A stretch of DNA of 64,000 nucleotides, taken from NCBI RefSeq assembly GCF_001194135.2, contig NC_068981.1, forward strand, positions 25,885,864 to 25,949,863. The letters run 5' to 3'. Position numbers and translations under genes: made by a program. Within the stretch, counting starts at the first letter, position 1. Each line of letters starts with the position of its first letter. Source of the DNA: Octopus bimaculoides. Its lineage: Eukaryota. The notes beneath the pieces were generated by a model. It was not told the origin of the DNA. It worked only from the letters and a program-made list of their open reading frames with translations, and searched no databases. Of this stretch, positions 26,446-39,758 are shown one piece after another.

Positions 26446-26939
26446 TATACTTTGTTATATACTTCACATGTAATAGTAGTTATTACATGTTAATATATTC
26501 AGCGTTGTACGTCGAGTTGATAGAAAAAGTAAAGTCTTTCACATATGATATCTCATTACTTCGGAAAAACAAAGAGGTATGATAGGATAATATCGTGCAA
26601 TATGCGATATGTCTGAAGAAAGGGAAAAACAGATAGCATGTTCCTGACCGAGGAAAAATTACAGCAAAAATGAGAAGTATGAATGGTGTTTGTTGTTGAT
26701 TTGTTTTAATAAACCTGCAAACAGAACACCAACATATGAAATACAAAACAAATATACAGAGAACCGAGAAAGGAAAAAAAAACATTGAATATATAAAGAA
26801 AAATGAAATATTAAATTGAAGCACATGCAAAGGAACCATTATAATAAGCAAAACAAAAGAAAGAAATTCATACAGAAGCCGGATAAAAAACAATTGAACA
26901 AAATATGAATAAAAGGGAATGTAAGACAGATTGAAGATC

Positions 26940-27600
26940 AATGAACCATATTTTGTAAATGGATGACTCTAATGTGTACCAGAAACAGACAGTTACAAAC
27001 ATTACACAGATTATTAGAGAAATTAACAGGAAAAATAGATGACAAATTCGACTGAACCAAAGAAACTTTAGAATGTGCTAAATCAAAAACGCTATTATCT
27101 CGTTAGATAAAGAAAAAGAGATGAAATGATTAGATCAAACACAGACTTATAAATTCTAAGAATATTCATGAACGAGACGGAGTGCAACACACATAAATGA
27201 AAGACAACGTTAGAAAAGAACTTCATCGACATATCAGATTAATATTTAAAGCAGGTCTAAGGTAATAGACTAATCTAGCTGTCCCAGAAATATATTATGA
27301 TTAGAATATTCTCAGTTGAACAGTAAGTAAATGAATACCACTAGTGTGAAAAAACCCCCCAGAAAAATAAAGATTATATTTAGAAAACACCTCAGATTCC
27401 GAGAGAGAAAGAATATATTAACCACAGATAGAGGGAGAAAAGAAAATTCTAAACAATTTATGTAAACTACACTGAAGAGGACTATAAATATATTTAGTAA
27501 AGAATACAGGAAAACTAATACAAAACAGTAGCATAAAAATAAGAAAATAACTGTTTCCTGTCTTCAAGGAAGCTAACAAAAATATGAAACAGACCAGCAC
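26940..27600 (+). mobile_element. Decayed R4/Dong-like RT C-terminal region
   Basis: LDQTQTYKF, MKDNVRKELHRHIRLIFKAGL, NLAVP. 27551-27580 matches the reverse complement of 43070-43099 at 28/30. Confidence 0.7.
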
Positions 27601-28217
27601 GCATTAATTAAAAGAATAATAAATTAAAAGAAAGTGCAGTAAAAATGTACTACAGAATATCATCAGCGCATGATGAATATAGGAATAAAGTCCCTAAAAA
27701 TGGCAATAATTTATAACCCTAAACAAAACAGAAGTGGATAAAAATAGGCAACGGTGGAATATGTGGAGGTGGTAGTGAAGCAATTAGTCACATACTGTCT
27801 GACAATATATATATATATATATATACATATACAAAGAGAGAGAGAGAGAGAGAAAGAGAAAGAGATAGGGGGGAGAGCTGTGTATATATGGATAGATAAT
27901 AGATAGATAGATACAAGGAGAGACACAATAGTTTATTCTTTTACATTTTATTTATTGAAGTACAGCCATGCTGGGGCACCGCTTTAGATTGCTTAGTTGA
28001 TTAATTCGACCAAGACATGTGATTTATTTTAAAGTCTTTTAATAATTAAAGGTTCGGCAAAGGTGACCAGTAGAACAATTATTATTATATTGGTCACGTT
28101 TGGCGAAATTTTAGATTACATTAATCAACAAAATGTCATTATTATACAAGCATGTACTAATACGAACATACATATACACACACATACATTCATTCCTACA
28201 TACATACATACCTATAC

Positions 28218-28264
<47 letters not shown>

Positions 28265-28453
28265 NNNNNNNNNNNNNNNNNNNNNNNNNNNNNNNNNNNN
28301 NNNNNNNNNNNNNNNNNNNNNNNNNNNNNNNNNNNNNNNNNNNNNNNNNNNNNNNNNNNNNNNNNNNNNNNNNNNNNNNNNNNNNNNNNNNNNNNNNNNN
28401 NNNNNNNNNNNNNNNNNNNNNNNNNNNNNNNNNNNNNNNNNNNNNNNNNNNNN
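28265..28453. other. Assembly gap (N)
   Basis: N run flanked by (TA)n. Other gaps: 30194-30649, 43804-44145, 46889-47558, 51601-52246, 57883-57892, 58439-58890. Confidence 1.
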
Positions 28454-28454
28454 N

Positions 28455-28493
<39 letters not shown>

Positions 28494-29299
28494 CCTAATT
28501 TAAAATTATTACATACATATATACATACATGTACGTGTGTATGTAAGACGGATTTTTACTAAGTTTTCTTACAATAAATTGACCACACCGGAGTTGTCGG
28601 CCCGATGCTCTATTAAGGAACAACTGTTCAAGTTGTCCCTCATAGGATCTGAACCTGAAATCATTGAGTTTTGAACTGACTTCTTAACTGCACAGCTCTG
28701 CCTCTGCCTTGTGAGTGTATGTGAATGCACGTGTGTGTGTGGGTGTGGGTGTGCCTGTGTGTGTTTGTTGTTTATCGGTAGGAATGTGTTCATGTGTGTG
28801 TGTGTTTGTCTTTGCACATTAATATAGCGAATTAGAATCTGAATAGATTCAAATCAATAGATAGGGGTTCTCAAGGGATTAAAATCAAGAGAATGAAAAA
28901 AAATTAGGCGATACTCACAGACACCAGAACCAAAATAATATTACACAAATCGTGATTGAAATATATGTATAGTTTCTGCTTACCAAATCCACTCAGAAGG
29001 CTTTGGTCGGCTCGAGGCTAAAGTAGAAAACATTCACCCAAGATGGAATCAAACCACATATTGGAATCAAACCACATATTGGAATCAAACCCGAAAAACG
29101 TAGTTGGGAAACAAACCTCTTATTGATTACCCATGCCTGTAACTATACATCTTTATCAAAATGGCGAAACCATTGTATTATACTTATGTATACATAAATA
29201 AAGACAGTCTGCTCGTGGGGATTGAATTTAATTCTCACTGATAGTCCGTCACTTTCGACCAACGGAACAGCCTACTATCGAAATAAACGTGCAAATGGC

Positions 29300-29540
29300 T
29301 GAGTACACCACTGACACGCACACCCTTTATGTAGTTCTCAGTGTAATTCATCTTGACATAAAATGGATCAATACAGCTCTTTTAATTACAGTTACAATTC
29401 AATTTAACCAGCGGAGTGGACAGTGTCAATGTGAAATAAAGCGTCTTGCTCAAGCACAGAAAGCGCTGCTGGATATGGAACTCACAATCATAAGATCGTG
29501 AACCGAAAACCCTAACCACTAAGCCACGCGCCTTCACAAG
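29300..29540 (-). mobile_element. Decayed tRNA-derived SINE
   Basis: Minus strand gtggcttagtggttaggg head followed by cttgagcaagacgctttatttcacattg central segment. Confidence 0.7.
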
Positions 29541-30649
29541 GCATTAGAGTGTCGTACACATGATGATAAACACATGACTAAAACATAAGCATTTCACCTA
29601 ACAACAACGAACACGAGATAGCACAATTTAGCATCCATATTGCATGCTTATTAGCATATAAATTAGCATAGATATTAGCGTACAAATAGCCAATATATTG
29701 CAATATGTACTTGGAATAGAAACAAAATAGCAAAATTCAAGACATCCCACAGCACTTAGTGAGGCTCACAGAAATATGCTTGGTTATGTAATGTAACCAT
29801 GCAGTAAAATTTAAGACGTATAACAAATAGCTTTGATATTCTTCAGGAGTGCAAGTCAAATTCCGATGAAACTTTATGATGAGAACAAGATAGATATCAA
29901 TAACCCTCCTCAGTCGTTCTATTAATAGATATTAAACTAAGATATTTTGACAGACAAATTTATAAAAAAGGTAAAATTGCACTGTATTGCTGTATCAAAA
30001 TTTTTTAATAAGAAAAAAAAATCATATACAACCATTAAATCTGTGAATCTGTTTCTTCTCTTCGGTTTGACGTCAGATAAAGACTGGCAACGTTTAAGTG
30101 GAAAATTTCGAGAAAGTGAAGATAACTACATCTGCATTATTTTGAAACAATTTATTTAACGTCAACATACAACAGTGGATATATATATATATANNNNNNN
30201 NNNNNNNNNNNNNNNNNNNNNNNNNNNNNNNNNNNNNNNNNNNNNNNNNNNNNNNNNNNNNNNNNNNNNNNNNNNNNNNNNNNNNNNNNNNNNNNNNNNN
30301 NNNNNNNNNNNNNNNNNNNNNNNNNNNNNNNNNNNNNNNNNNNNNNNNNNNNNNNNNNNNNNNNNNNNNNNNNNNNNNNNNNNNNNNNNNNNNNNNNNNN
30401 NNNNNNNNNNNNNNNNNNNNNNNNNNNNNNNNNNNNNNNNNNNNNNNNNNNNNNNNNNNNNNNNNNNNNNNNNNNNNNNNNNNNNNNNNNNNNNNNNNNN
30501 NNNNNNNNNNNNNNNNNNNNNNNNNNNNNNNNNNNNNNNNNNNNNNNNNNNNNNNNNNNNNNNNNNNNNNNNNNNNNNNNNNNNNNNNNNNNNNNNNNNN
30601 NNNNNNNNNNNNNNNNNNNNNNNNNNNNNNNNNNNNNNNNNNNNNNNNN

Positions 30650-30686
<37 letters not shown>

Positions 30687-31196
30687 CTAATATATATATT
30701 TATTTGTAAATATACATGCATACCTACATATATTTATTCATCCACATGCGCGCGCACACACATACACAAGTATATATATGCATATGTATGTATGCCTGCA
30801 TAATTTAATGCATGTGACTGTAGGAGGAGATAGAGAGATTGTGGTTATAAGATATATAAACTGTGAATTTGAAAGTATGAGGTAGAGAGCGAGAGACGAG
30901 GGAGAGACAGAGACAGAAAGAGAGAAAAAGAGAGGAAGGAAACAGATCAAACATAGAAGAAAAAAAAACAAGTTAGCTACCGTAATATAGAAAGTGATCG
31001 AGATGCCAAATGAAGGAGGATAGACAAACGATAAGAGTGTGACAGAGGTATATATTTATATAGAAAGAGGCTTATATATAACTGTTGATTGTTCCTCCGT
31101 ATTTTAATATCGTTCCTAGTGACGTATATATGATTTAACTTCCTCCAAGAGAAAGTATAACAAAACAGAAACATAATAGAAAACAATAACAGTTCT

Positions 31197-31634
31197 TCAA
31201 TTTTCTGTATCGAGAATGCCTAGCCTCTGTCCAAGCCATAAGCATTTCGCTCTTACTTCCTCTTGCATTAGGTCAAAACACATAGCTATTAACGCCAGTC
31301 CGAAAACTAGGTACAATGCACAGAGTATAAGTTTTTCTTGATTTTTCCACGAATCATGGCTAGTTCCAGGAACAAAGTCCCCAAATCCTATGGTACTTAA
31401 TGTAATAAAACAAAAGTAGGATCCAATTAAATAATCCCAGTCTTGTTCCCAGAGAGTAAACAGCATCGCTCCTCCGAATATGTAAATAGCTATTAGCAAA
31501 ATGCTAACGATTATTGGTACTCGTGTTCCGTCTTTGGATTTTTGGTTGGTATTTTTATCGTCATAGTCACCATTATCGGAATCTTGTGCGATTATATCAC
31601 CCTGGTCTCCACGTAAGGGTTCCTGGACTTCTTC
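31197..31634 (-). CDS. Last coding exon of a K2P (TWiK/KCNK-type) potassium channel: M2-M3 loop end, M3, pore 2, M4, short C-terminus
   Basis: Acceptor ttattttctttttcag|GAA at 31634 (phase 0). Open frame EEVQEPLRGDQGDIIAQDSDNGDYDDKNTNQKSKDGTRVPIIVSILLIAIYIFGGAMLFTLWEQDWDYLIGSYFCFITLSTIGFGDFVPGTSHDSWKNQEKLILCALYLVFGLALIAMCFDLMQEEVRAKCLWLGQRLGILDTEN*. TLSTIGFGD is a K2P second pore signature. Confidence 0.96.
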   Translation of the reverse strand, partial: EEVQEPLRGDQGDIIAQDSDNGDYDDKNTNQKSKDGTRVPIIVSILLIAIYIFGGAMLFTLWEQDWDYLIGSYFCFITLSTIGFGDFVPGTSHDSWKNQEKLILCALYLVFGLALIAMCFDLMQEEVRAKCLWLGQRLGILDTEN

Positions 31635-34304
31635 CTGAAAAAGAAAATAAGCAAAAAGAAATAGTAGATTTATAATTTCAAATTATACAGGAAAATGATT
31701 CTAACTTGTGTATTATTTATTTTAATTTTAACGTCTTTGGATGGAAAGAAATCTACTGACAAATATGTTGTCACATATCGGCATTTCTGAACTCTACCTG
31801 GTCTCTCGGACTACTAAATACAGCACTTTAATTTCCCCTTAATAATTCATTCTTTTGAGCATAGAAAGGCTATATTTGAGAATTGAACCATATGTACCAA
31901 ATCTGATGATGGCCAAAACTGAAACCCATGTGATCATAAGTTCGCATAATTTAGGATGATTTGGAACTACATAACAAGAGCCAGAATTACAACATCAATA
32001 GCAACTACATTAAAAAGACAACACAAAAAATTAAAGAAACTTTGCAAAGTGATTAGTTCTGTAAATGAAGTGGAGTAAAATTAACTTTTACTAAACTTGT
32101 GAACTAATTTTCTATCCATATTGGTAAATAGTTTCTCTAAATGAAAAGCGCTCAAAGGTACATTTGTTAATATTCTTCAGCATAGTATTTTAGGTTTCGT
32201 AAACGTTCACGGGAATAAAAGACTGTTTAACTAGGTCCAATTTGGTTTTTAATCGGATATGAGCAAAGCGGAAGACATCAGCACCCAGTTTCCTTTCTAT
32301 AATTAATAATTCCGATATTTAATAATAATACCTTCCGTTCCATATCACGAGAATAGTAATATTAGTTGAGTTGTTACAACACTGGATCAAGTAACTGAAT
32401 TTGTTTCCTTTTATTATTCTACATGGTTCATTCAAATTTAGACAACATTGACTTTAACTTTAACTCCAATTAATTTGATATGAATTGCTGATTGTTTTGC
32501 TTATGTAAGCTCCAAATGAGGAGATCTTTCAATAAATAAATTCACTAGTTAAGATGAACACCATCTCAGCTTATTTTCAGATTATTAGATTACAAAGTTC
32601 CTTAGGCTTACGTGTACCTTAATAAAATTTGTTATTATCCGTAATTAGTGCTTAAGGCAATCAGTCCAGTCTTCGCTGCTCGTGAATTCCAGAAGGACAA
32701 ATTGCCAAAGTATCGGCCGCACTCTGACACATTTGTGGTCAACTATGTGGCAGTGGAGACCTCCAGCTTTCTTAGCCCTCGGACTACATCCCTGCTCACT
32801 GCTATCGGGGTAACTGCGATCTTTGTGACTCGGAGTGGTCGTTCCAACACATCTTCATCGTGAAAATCCGAGGCAGCGTCTTTCCGATTCTCTCCTCAGT
32901 AACCATGAAGCGGATTGGCAAGTCTTATGTCTTTTTAATATAATGACTGCTAGCATAGTATTCTACTCCCTGTTGTAGTTTGGTCCAATTTTCAATGACA
33001 AAAATATTTCTGTACAACAAATACTTTTCTCACCCGAGACTCACTCCATCCAACCACATCATTAATCTATTGAATCCGACGACAGCTAATCCTTATTTAT
33101 ACATGATTAAGATCATTATAAATAGTAGCTATGCGTAGCCATGAAACAATGTTATCATGGGAATAAGTGTTGAGTGTGGGACTTTTGATGATCAGTTAGG
33201 TTTGAAACCAGTCAAGTTAATCTCTCTTTTACAGTCTGACCAAGAGTTAATAACAGCTATTTCTTTACATTTCTTCAATTCTTACACTCTATAGTAAAAG
33301 CCTATTAAGGATTACCTGAATACATATTTGAAATTCGTTGTTTAATCCAGTAATAAAATAATACTGTAAACAGTTAGTAAAGCTTCATGTATGAAAATTA
33401 AAGCAGCAGATTTTGTGAGGCCACTGAACTTAAGGAGCTAGTAATAGCTACGATGTTATATTATGTATCTCTGTGTCTAAAACTGACGAATAGATTATGA
33501 ATACCCTCAAATACGTTCGAAACCGTTCAATTCAAACTGGCTATATTGTTCAGGTGAAGAAATAACAACAGAAAAATGATTACAATTGTCCAACCACATA
33601 ACATCAGACTCCAAAAGACAGCATGAATAAATTTCTTTATAAATCGATGTTATTCAGGTTATTCAGTGTGTTATAAAACTTCGGAGGATGATCCAGTTAG
33701 GTTCCTATTTCTAGCAGGGAAGTAACCAACCAGTAATATAATTTACTGACCAATCATTGCCTAACACAGAAAAATTTCGGTTTACTCTTTGTCAATAGAT
33801 ATAAGGAATAGCGTTAACGTATTGCATATTGCAACAACGCTACGCCTGTTTGTTTGTGAGATGAAAGTAACTTACTTCAGCTAAGTAATCAATGTCATAA
33901 CGCCCAACATTTTCCTCTAAATTATAATACCAACTTATTTATAGGGGTCGTAAGTATCACAATAATGATTCAGAAAAAATGCAAACAACACAAATTTGTT
34001 TTCATGAGTAGTATTTGGTAGTAATGGTGGAAAGGCTAGTTTATGATAAACTGATTTTAATAGCGAAGCATTTAAAATAACCTGTTTGAGATATGACACA
34101 TTGATAACTTGATATCCTCAATATATTAGTGATTTCCTTCGTTCTTATTTTACAACAAATACTAGAGGCAACTCCAGACATATACTGATGATAATATGAT
34201 TTTTAATTCTGCATGCATGACGTATGTTAATATTGAATTGCTTATCCTTTTATAAGTGGATCAGTGACTCTGAATGAGTTATATAAGCAAAACTTAAAAT
34301 ATAA

Positions 34305-34491
34305 CATCGAAGCTTGCGTCTCAACCACATGGTACCAGATTCAGTCCCACTGCATGTCACCTTGGGTAATACTATAGCCTTGGGCCTTGTGAGTGTGTTT
34401 GGTAGACGGAAACCGAAAGAAGACCTTTGTATGTATGTATGTGTGTGTGCGTGCGTGCGTGTGTAAATGTGCGTGCGTGTGTTTGTTTGTT

Positions 34492-34535
<44 letters not shown>

Positions 34536-34730
34536 TGTGTGTGTGTGTATGTGTGTGTTTGTGTTTTTGTCCTTCCACCACCACTTGATAACCAGTATTA
34601 GTATGTTTACCTTTTCGTCATCTTGCGGTTCGACAAGAGGGAATGGTAGAATAAGTGATAGTCTTAACAAAATGAGTACTGCTGGCGATGCGCTGCACCA
34701 AACCTCTTCAAGATGGTGCCCTAATATGTC
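34305..34730 (+). mobile_element. Microsatellite-containing SINE-like repeat in the K2P intron
   Basis: Head, internal (GT)n, and a 3' part (gttcgacaagag...agaataagt) resembling 43575-43803 and about 9000-9460. Confidence 0.6.
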
Positions 34731-35368
34731 TGTAGGCTAATGTTTTGAACAGGAAATAGGTAAAAGATGTAGGATAAAATACATATGTGTGTGTGTGTAT
34801 GTGCATGTGTGTATGTGTGTGCGTGTGTGTGTGTTTGTGTGTGTGTGAAGATGCGTAAATATATTAATAGATTTCCACAAAGATGTGTAAACATATTAAT
34901 AGATTTCTGTAGTTAAAAAGAGATTTGGCGATAGTTGTTAGGCTGAGAGACAAGTAAGGAAGACCGCTGTCGACTACTTTGAAATATGTAGATGCCTATT
35001 TGTAAATTGGCCTTCTTGAAGTTTGAAACAGGGCTGAAACCTGGACTGGAATCAATGAAAACTATCGTCTTATATCCATTTTGAGCACATTTATCTACAA
35101 GCGGAGCCAAATTAACCAGCTGGAAGTTTGGTAGTCTCCCTGTATAGCTATTGTGTCGGAAATCGTAAAATGCGACATTAAATGCGAAATTTCAAATTAA
35201 TCCAGGTTTTGTTGCAAGTATCATTATAAGACATTTCTGTTTAGTGAAAGGAAGTCAAGGAAATAAAATGGACTTTATTGCCTCACATCCCACATTACCA
35301 CCTGTAAAAGAATCATTTATATGTCAGAAAAGAAATTATTTTCGATTATTAAGAAGGTAAACTCTTAC

Positions 35369-35604
35369 CGAATTTGTTCTATTGTTTGGACGATAACGGA
35401 TGGGTTTCCTAGGTTGTGGTGAATCACTCTTGAAGCAGAGATAACACAAGAAGCGACAGGCATGTTTGTAGAAGCACCGAAAACCAGTGCCAAATACTGA
35501 GCCAAGGTTGGCTAGACAGAGCAGTGTTAAAGGAATGCCAACAAGCGCATAGAATATCGTTACGATGCGGCCATAGGCTGTTTTGGGCGCAATATGACCA
35601 TAAC
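35369..35604 (-). CDS. Internal coding exon of the same K2P channel: end of pore 1, M2, start of cytoplasmic loop
   Basis: Poly-T tract then tttcag|GTTATGGT (phase 1, completing the Gly of T-x-G|YG). Donor TCG|gtaaga at 35369 (phase 0, matches the next exon). 236 nt encode (G)[78 protein letters not shown]. Not shown in the ORF track because it has no ATG. Confidence 0.95.
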
Positions 35605-36280
35605 CTGAAATTTGTCAAAAAAAAAAAAAAACATTGAAAGAGTGTAATAAAAAGGGACATGGATTATAATTTTTTAAATCATAGTGTCGCTAATTATATG
35701 AATTGTTAAAATCTCTGCATTTGGTTATCACTTTTAAAAGGGTCTGGTTTCAAAAACAAGTTGCTTAGCTCAACTGTTATTTATAAAACTTTGTTTTTTT
35801 GTTTAACACTAGGTCAGCTTTGATTGAACATACCAAGAATTAAGGTGTTGCAACCGTGCCTGTCCAGTCATTTCTCTTTTCATGTATTGGATACCTTCGG
35901 TTATATTATATAGTATGTATTTTCTCTTCTAAGGGGATGGAGTGATATTTGAGAGAAGTCTGGTTGCCTTCTATAGTGAGTCTGTATGTGACATATTGCT
36001 TGACTCTTAACGTGTGACATTTGTGGAATTTTATAGATGAGTTGGTCTGTTATTTAGAATAAAGCCCATAACCCTTTGATTAGTAGTAGTATCCTAGAAA
36101 ACTACATATGTTACTTTTTTCTCCTTAAAGAATGTCTGATTAAATTAACTCACCTCCCACTCCTCCATTTCTCTTTCTCCAAACTTTACATAATGCACTA
36201 GACAATGCTTCATCATATCCAACAGTGTGATTTATTTACACTTATGTTGTAGCATATACATACATACATACATACATATA

Positions 36281-36322
<42 letters not shown>

Positions 36323-39300
36323 AAAGTCCTAGACACATAATTTGCTTTTCATCATTAATAGGATACATACCACCGGCGTTAAGTCTGGTAGTTTCGAAAC
36401 TCCGTGTCACATAACAGATGAGAGTCATTATATGGACTATTTTAGTTTTGATCCAATGAATACTTTTGAAATGACAAATGAAATCAGTTCGGAGACCAGA
36501 AGGATCTTATATTTTCGAAATAAGAGGTAAAAATCAGTTGGTTTCCAAACAGATTTGTAACGTCAGACATTAGGAAAGCTTTTAAAAAATTCTTTCGCCA
36601 TTGAAATGTTCCTGCGTTAGTGGCACTTGTTGGAGAATGTAATGTAACTAATTAAATTCACAATTCCCACTATCATGCAAACACACTTATTTTGCTGTCT
36701 CCGTATCATCTGTTATTTTAATTGTGAAAGACTTAGTTAATGAGCTAGATAAATATATATTGACTGATCAGAAGATTATGTACAAATGTCACCACCGTAA
36801 GAATATATATCAATAATTTCTTAGTGGTTAATCAATTATAATTGATTTTTTTACAAAAATACTATAAAGAGCAATTTTGATTGCTATTGCTTGACAACGA
36901 ATGATATTAATAAAATACGTTTCCTCAGAATCAATAAATCTTACAAATAAAAGTTGTAATCAACGTCACATTTAAAATGTCATCAAATAAATGGTATTAT
37001 ATGTCTCTTTGGAATTCGCATAATTCTTGTTGAAACTACATATGTTAGTGATTCCAACGAAAATTAAATTGAATATATGATTTGTAAGAATCTATTGCAA
37101 GCAAACTATAGAAGATCATAGAAAAAAATTTGAAATTAAAATTGATGCAAAAATACCTAGAAGTTAAATAACAAAATATTTTTTTGAAAAACGGAAGTGC
37201 TTCGAGTTATTACAGATACAGAAAATGTACTATGTATCGAGGAAGTCGAGGAAGTAATAGTGAAGATGTTGATGGTTGGGCTACGTATTTCGGTTCCTGA
37301 TTGGATGGACAATTTAATCCTCATCGCTGAAGGACAGAAATCTACCATTACCAAACACACGCACACAAGCATGCGCACGCACAGACAAACACACACACAA
37401 ACGCAAACACGAGTTTGCGCGTATCTATAAATACACACACGATGGATAATTTCGGTCCAGGATAATCAAGCAAGAAAACATTGGTGAAACTGTAGTTAAT
37501 ATAGATGACACTTGCCCAGGCTACTTTTTAATGGGGTCGGATCATGGACGACGTTATTCGCATGCCTGTTCTATCTATATACACACACACGTACGCACAT
37601 ACACATACATACATAACTACATGCATACATAGAGACAGAGAGACAGATAGATAAACATTCTTACGAATATAAAAAGCACAGATAAACATACAAACATATA
37701 TATGCGTATTTGAGTGTAAGAAAATGTTCATGCTTAGACGGAAGGAAATGGACGATCGTGAAGAAGACTGTGGAAGATCGAGCCTTTTAGGTCCTAAAAG
37801 ATGTATTTCGACATGATACAGTTTGAACCTTCTTAAAACAGAAACTATTGTCCAAATTAAAAAATGAAGTAATATCCATCAGATATAACTGCCATCCATC
37901 CCCTTTCAGTTAGTTTATGTTAAACAATCAGACGGTAATTATGTTTTAAACTGGCACCGAATATATAAACATTTCAACGTTGACGAGTATGTTTTGCATT
38001 TGATGTGTTACCGTCGTAAGCCACAATCTCCCTCACACTCTAGTAAAGCAATAACATCAACTGTAACAGTAAGAATGAAATACAAATCTGCTGGCGACTA
38101 CTTACTATATATTATTCGAAATGTCTTAGCGGAACAAAAGCAAATTTCAGTCAATAATCTTAATCTGAAAATTGGCTACAAGTAATGATAACTTGTATTT
38201 GCAATGTCTGCATCAGATTATAAGCAGAAAATAAATATTTTGCTTTATGAACTTCAGCTGCTGTTATCACATGAATGAAGGTGTAGTATATATAAGTCGC
38301 AGTTCACAGGAATTTACCACAAGCGAATCAAAATGGCCAGTTTTCAGCAAAAAGTATATAATTTTAATGCTGCCATAACAGAACTCAGTATATGATCAGT
38401 AGATCAACGGTACAAATATCTCATACTACTTACTAACGTCCATTTGGAAATTCGGTTATTGGATACTCCATCAATAAAGCAATGTAAAAAGTAATAAATA
38501 TGATGATGCTCAGTTTCTCTTGAGATGGTCACGACGGGAATTAGGAATGAAGTCAGAGATGTAAATGTCCCAAAGAAAAAAAATACAATTATTTCCAGGC
38601 ATAAGTCACAAGAAAAATGCTACAGTTCATTTACATAACATGTAATAATTAAAGTAATTAAACATATATTTCAGTTCCCTTATTAGGCGGCAATACATGA
38701 CATGCGATACAATTTATCAAATGATATTACCCATTTTTTCTTTAACTAACTTACTGAGACAGATTGTCACTGAATTTTTTTTCCGGATTCAGCAAGACAG
38801 TTCTGAAACTGCAGTGTTCATATTCTGATTGAAATGTGATCGCGCTGAAATGTTTTTCGTTGCTTTGACCGAACTCATGAACACTGCAACTCATCTCTGC
38901 ATCGACGTGCATCACTGAGCAACCTTTACGTCTATCGCATAATTACTGGTGAAATGCAAATAGTTAGAAGCTGCAGTTAGCTATATGCAGCTAGTTAGTT
39001 CATGCAGTCCTGAGTTATGCATGTACATCAAATGTAGACTCGCATCTGCGGTGACTTCAATCGTTTACAATAGTCCAGTGCATAACCTTTCACTTAACAT
39101 ACCTGTCTTCTCCCTGTTATATAGGCCACTATAGTTTATATCTATATAATAATCTTTCTCCTACACAAGGCAGTTCAAGATATAATTATTCCAAACCGAT
39201 TTACGGTGCCACCTCAGACGATTTTATTACTATTACATATCCACTTCTGTATGTATTATGTTAAAGGAGTAGATATATTGTCAAATTAAATGCACCTAAA

Positions 39301-39708
39301 ACTGATATGTATTGAATTATTCAAAAGATACCTCAGTTATAAAGTATAATGTTTGGCTCACGCTCTGCGTGTGACTGTAACCCTGAGTGGAAAAAAATTT
39401 TAAATGCTACGTTTAATAATTTTTTTATTTTTGAGAAATGCGGCTTTCAACAGAGCATTCTAAAGTTTGAATAATTCATAGTACACATTTTATCGATACA
39501 AAATTGTACTTCTACTTACATAATTAACAGATTTACAGAAAGAAAAACCTGTATTATCTCTGCTAAGTTAATAATAAAAATATTTCCATTGACATACTCA
39601 GTTTCACTAAGCCAAGAACTACATACACACACATACAGACGCACACATGCACGCGCACACGCACATATACAAACACAAAGATATACACATACATTCATAC
39701 ATACAAAG

Positions 39709-39758
<50 letters not shown>

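Noticed and set aside
29044-29095. ggaatcaaaccacatatt repeated about 2.5 times; the 68-bp and 48-bp direct repeats were also considered as CRISPR-like
   Set aside because: No unique spacers of regular length, only two copies each, eukaryotic context; this one is slippage inside a SINE.
31900-31935. CTGATGA...GAAAC near the last K2P exon
   Set aside because: Stem II is weak, there is no valid UH site, and no stem I.
36205-36230. Minus-strand TVGYD resembling a pore motif
   Set aside because: Not GYG, with no open frame or splice sites around it.
37157-37438. Overlapping ORFs in a less AT-rich patch, considered as a K2P upstream exon
   Set aside because: No M1/cap/pore-1 motif and no phase-1 donor after T-x-G.
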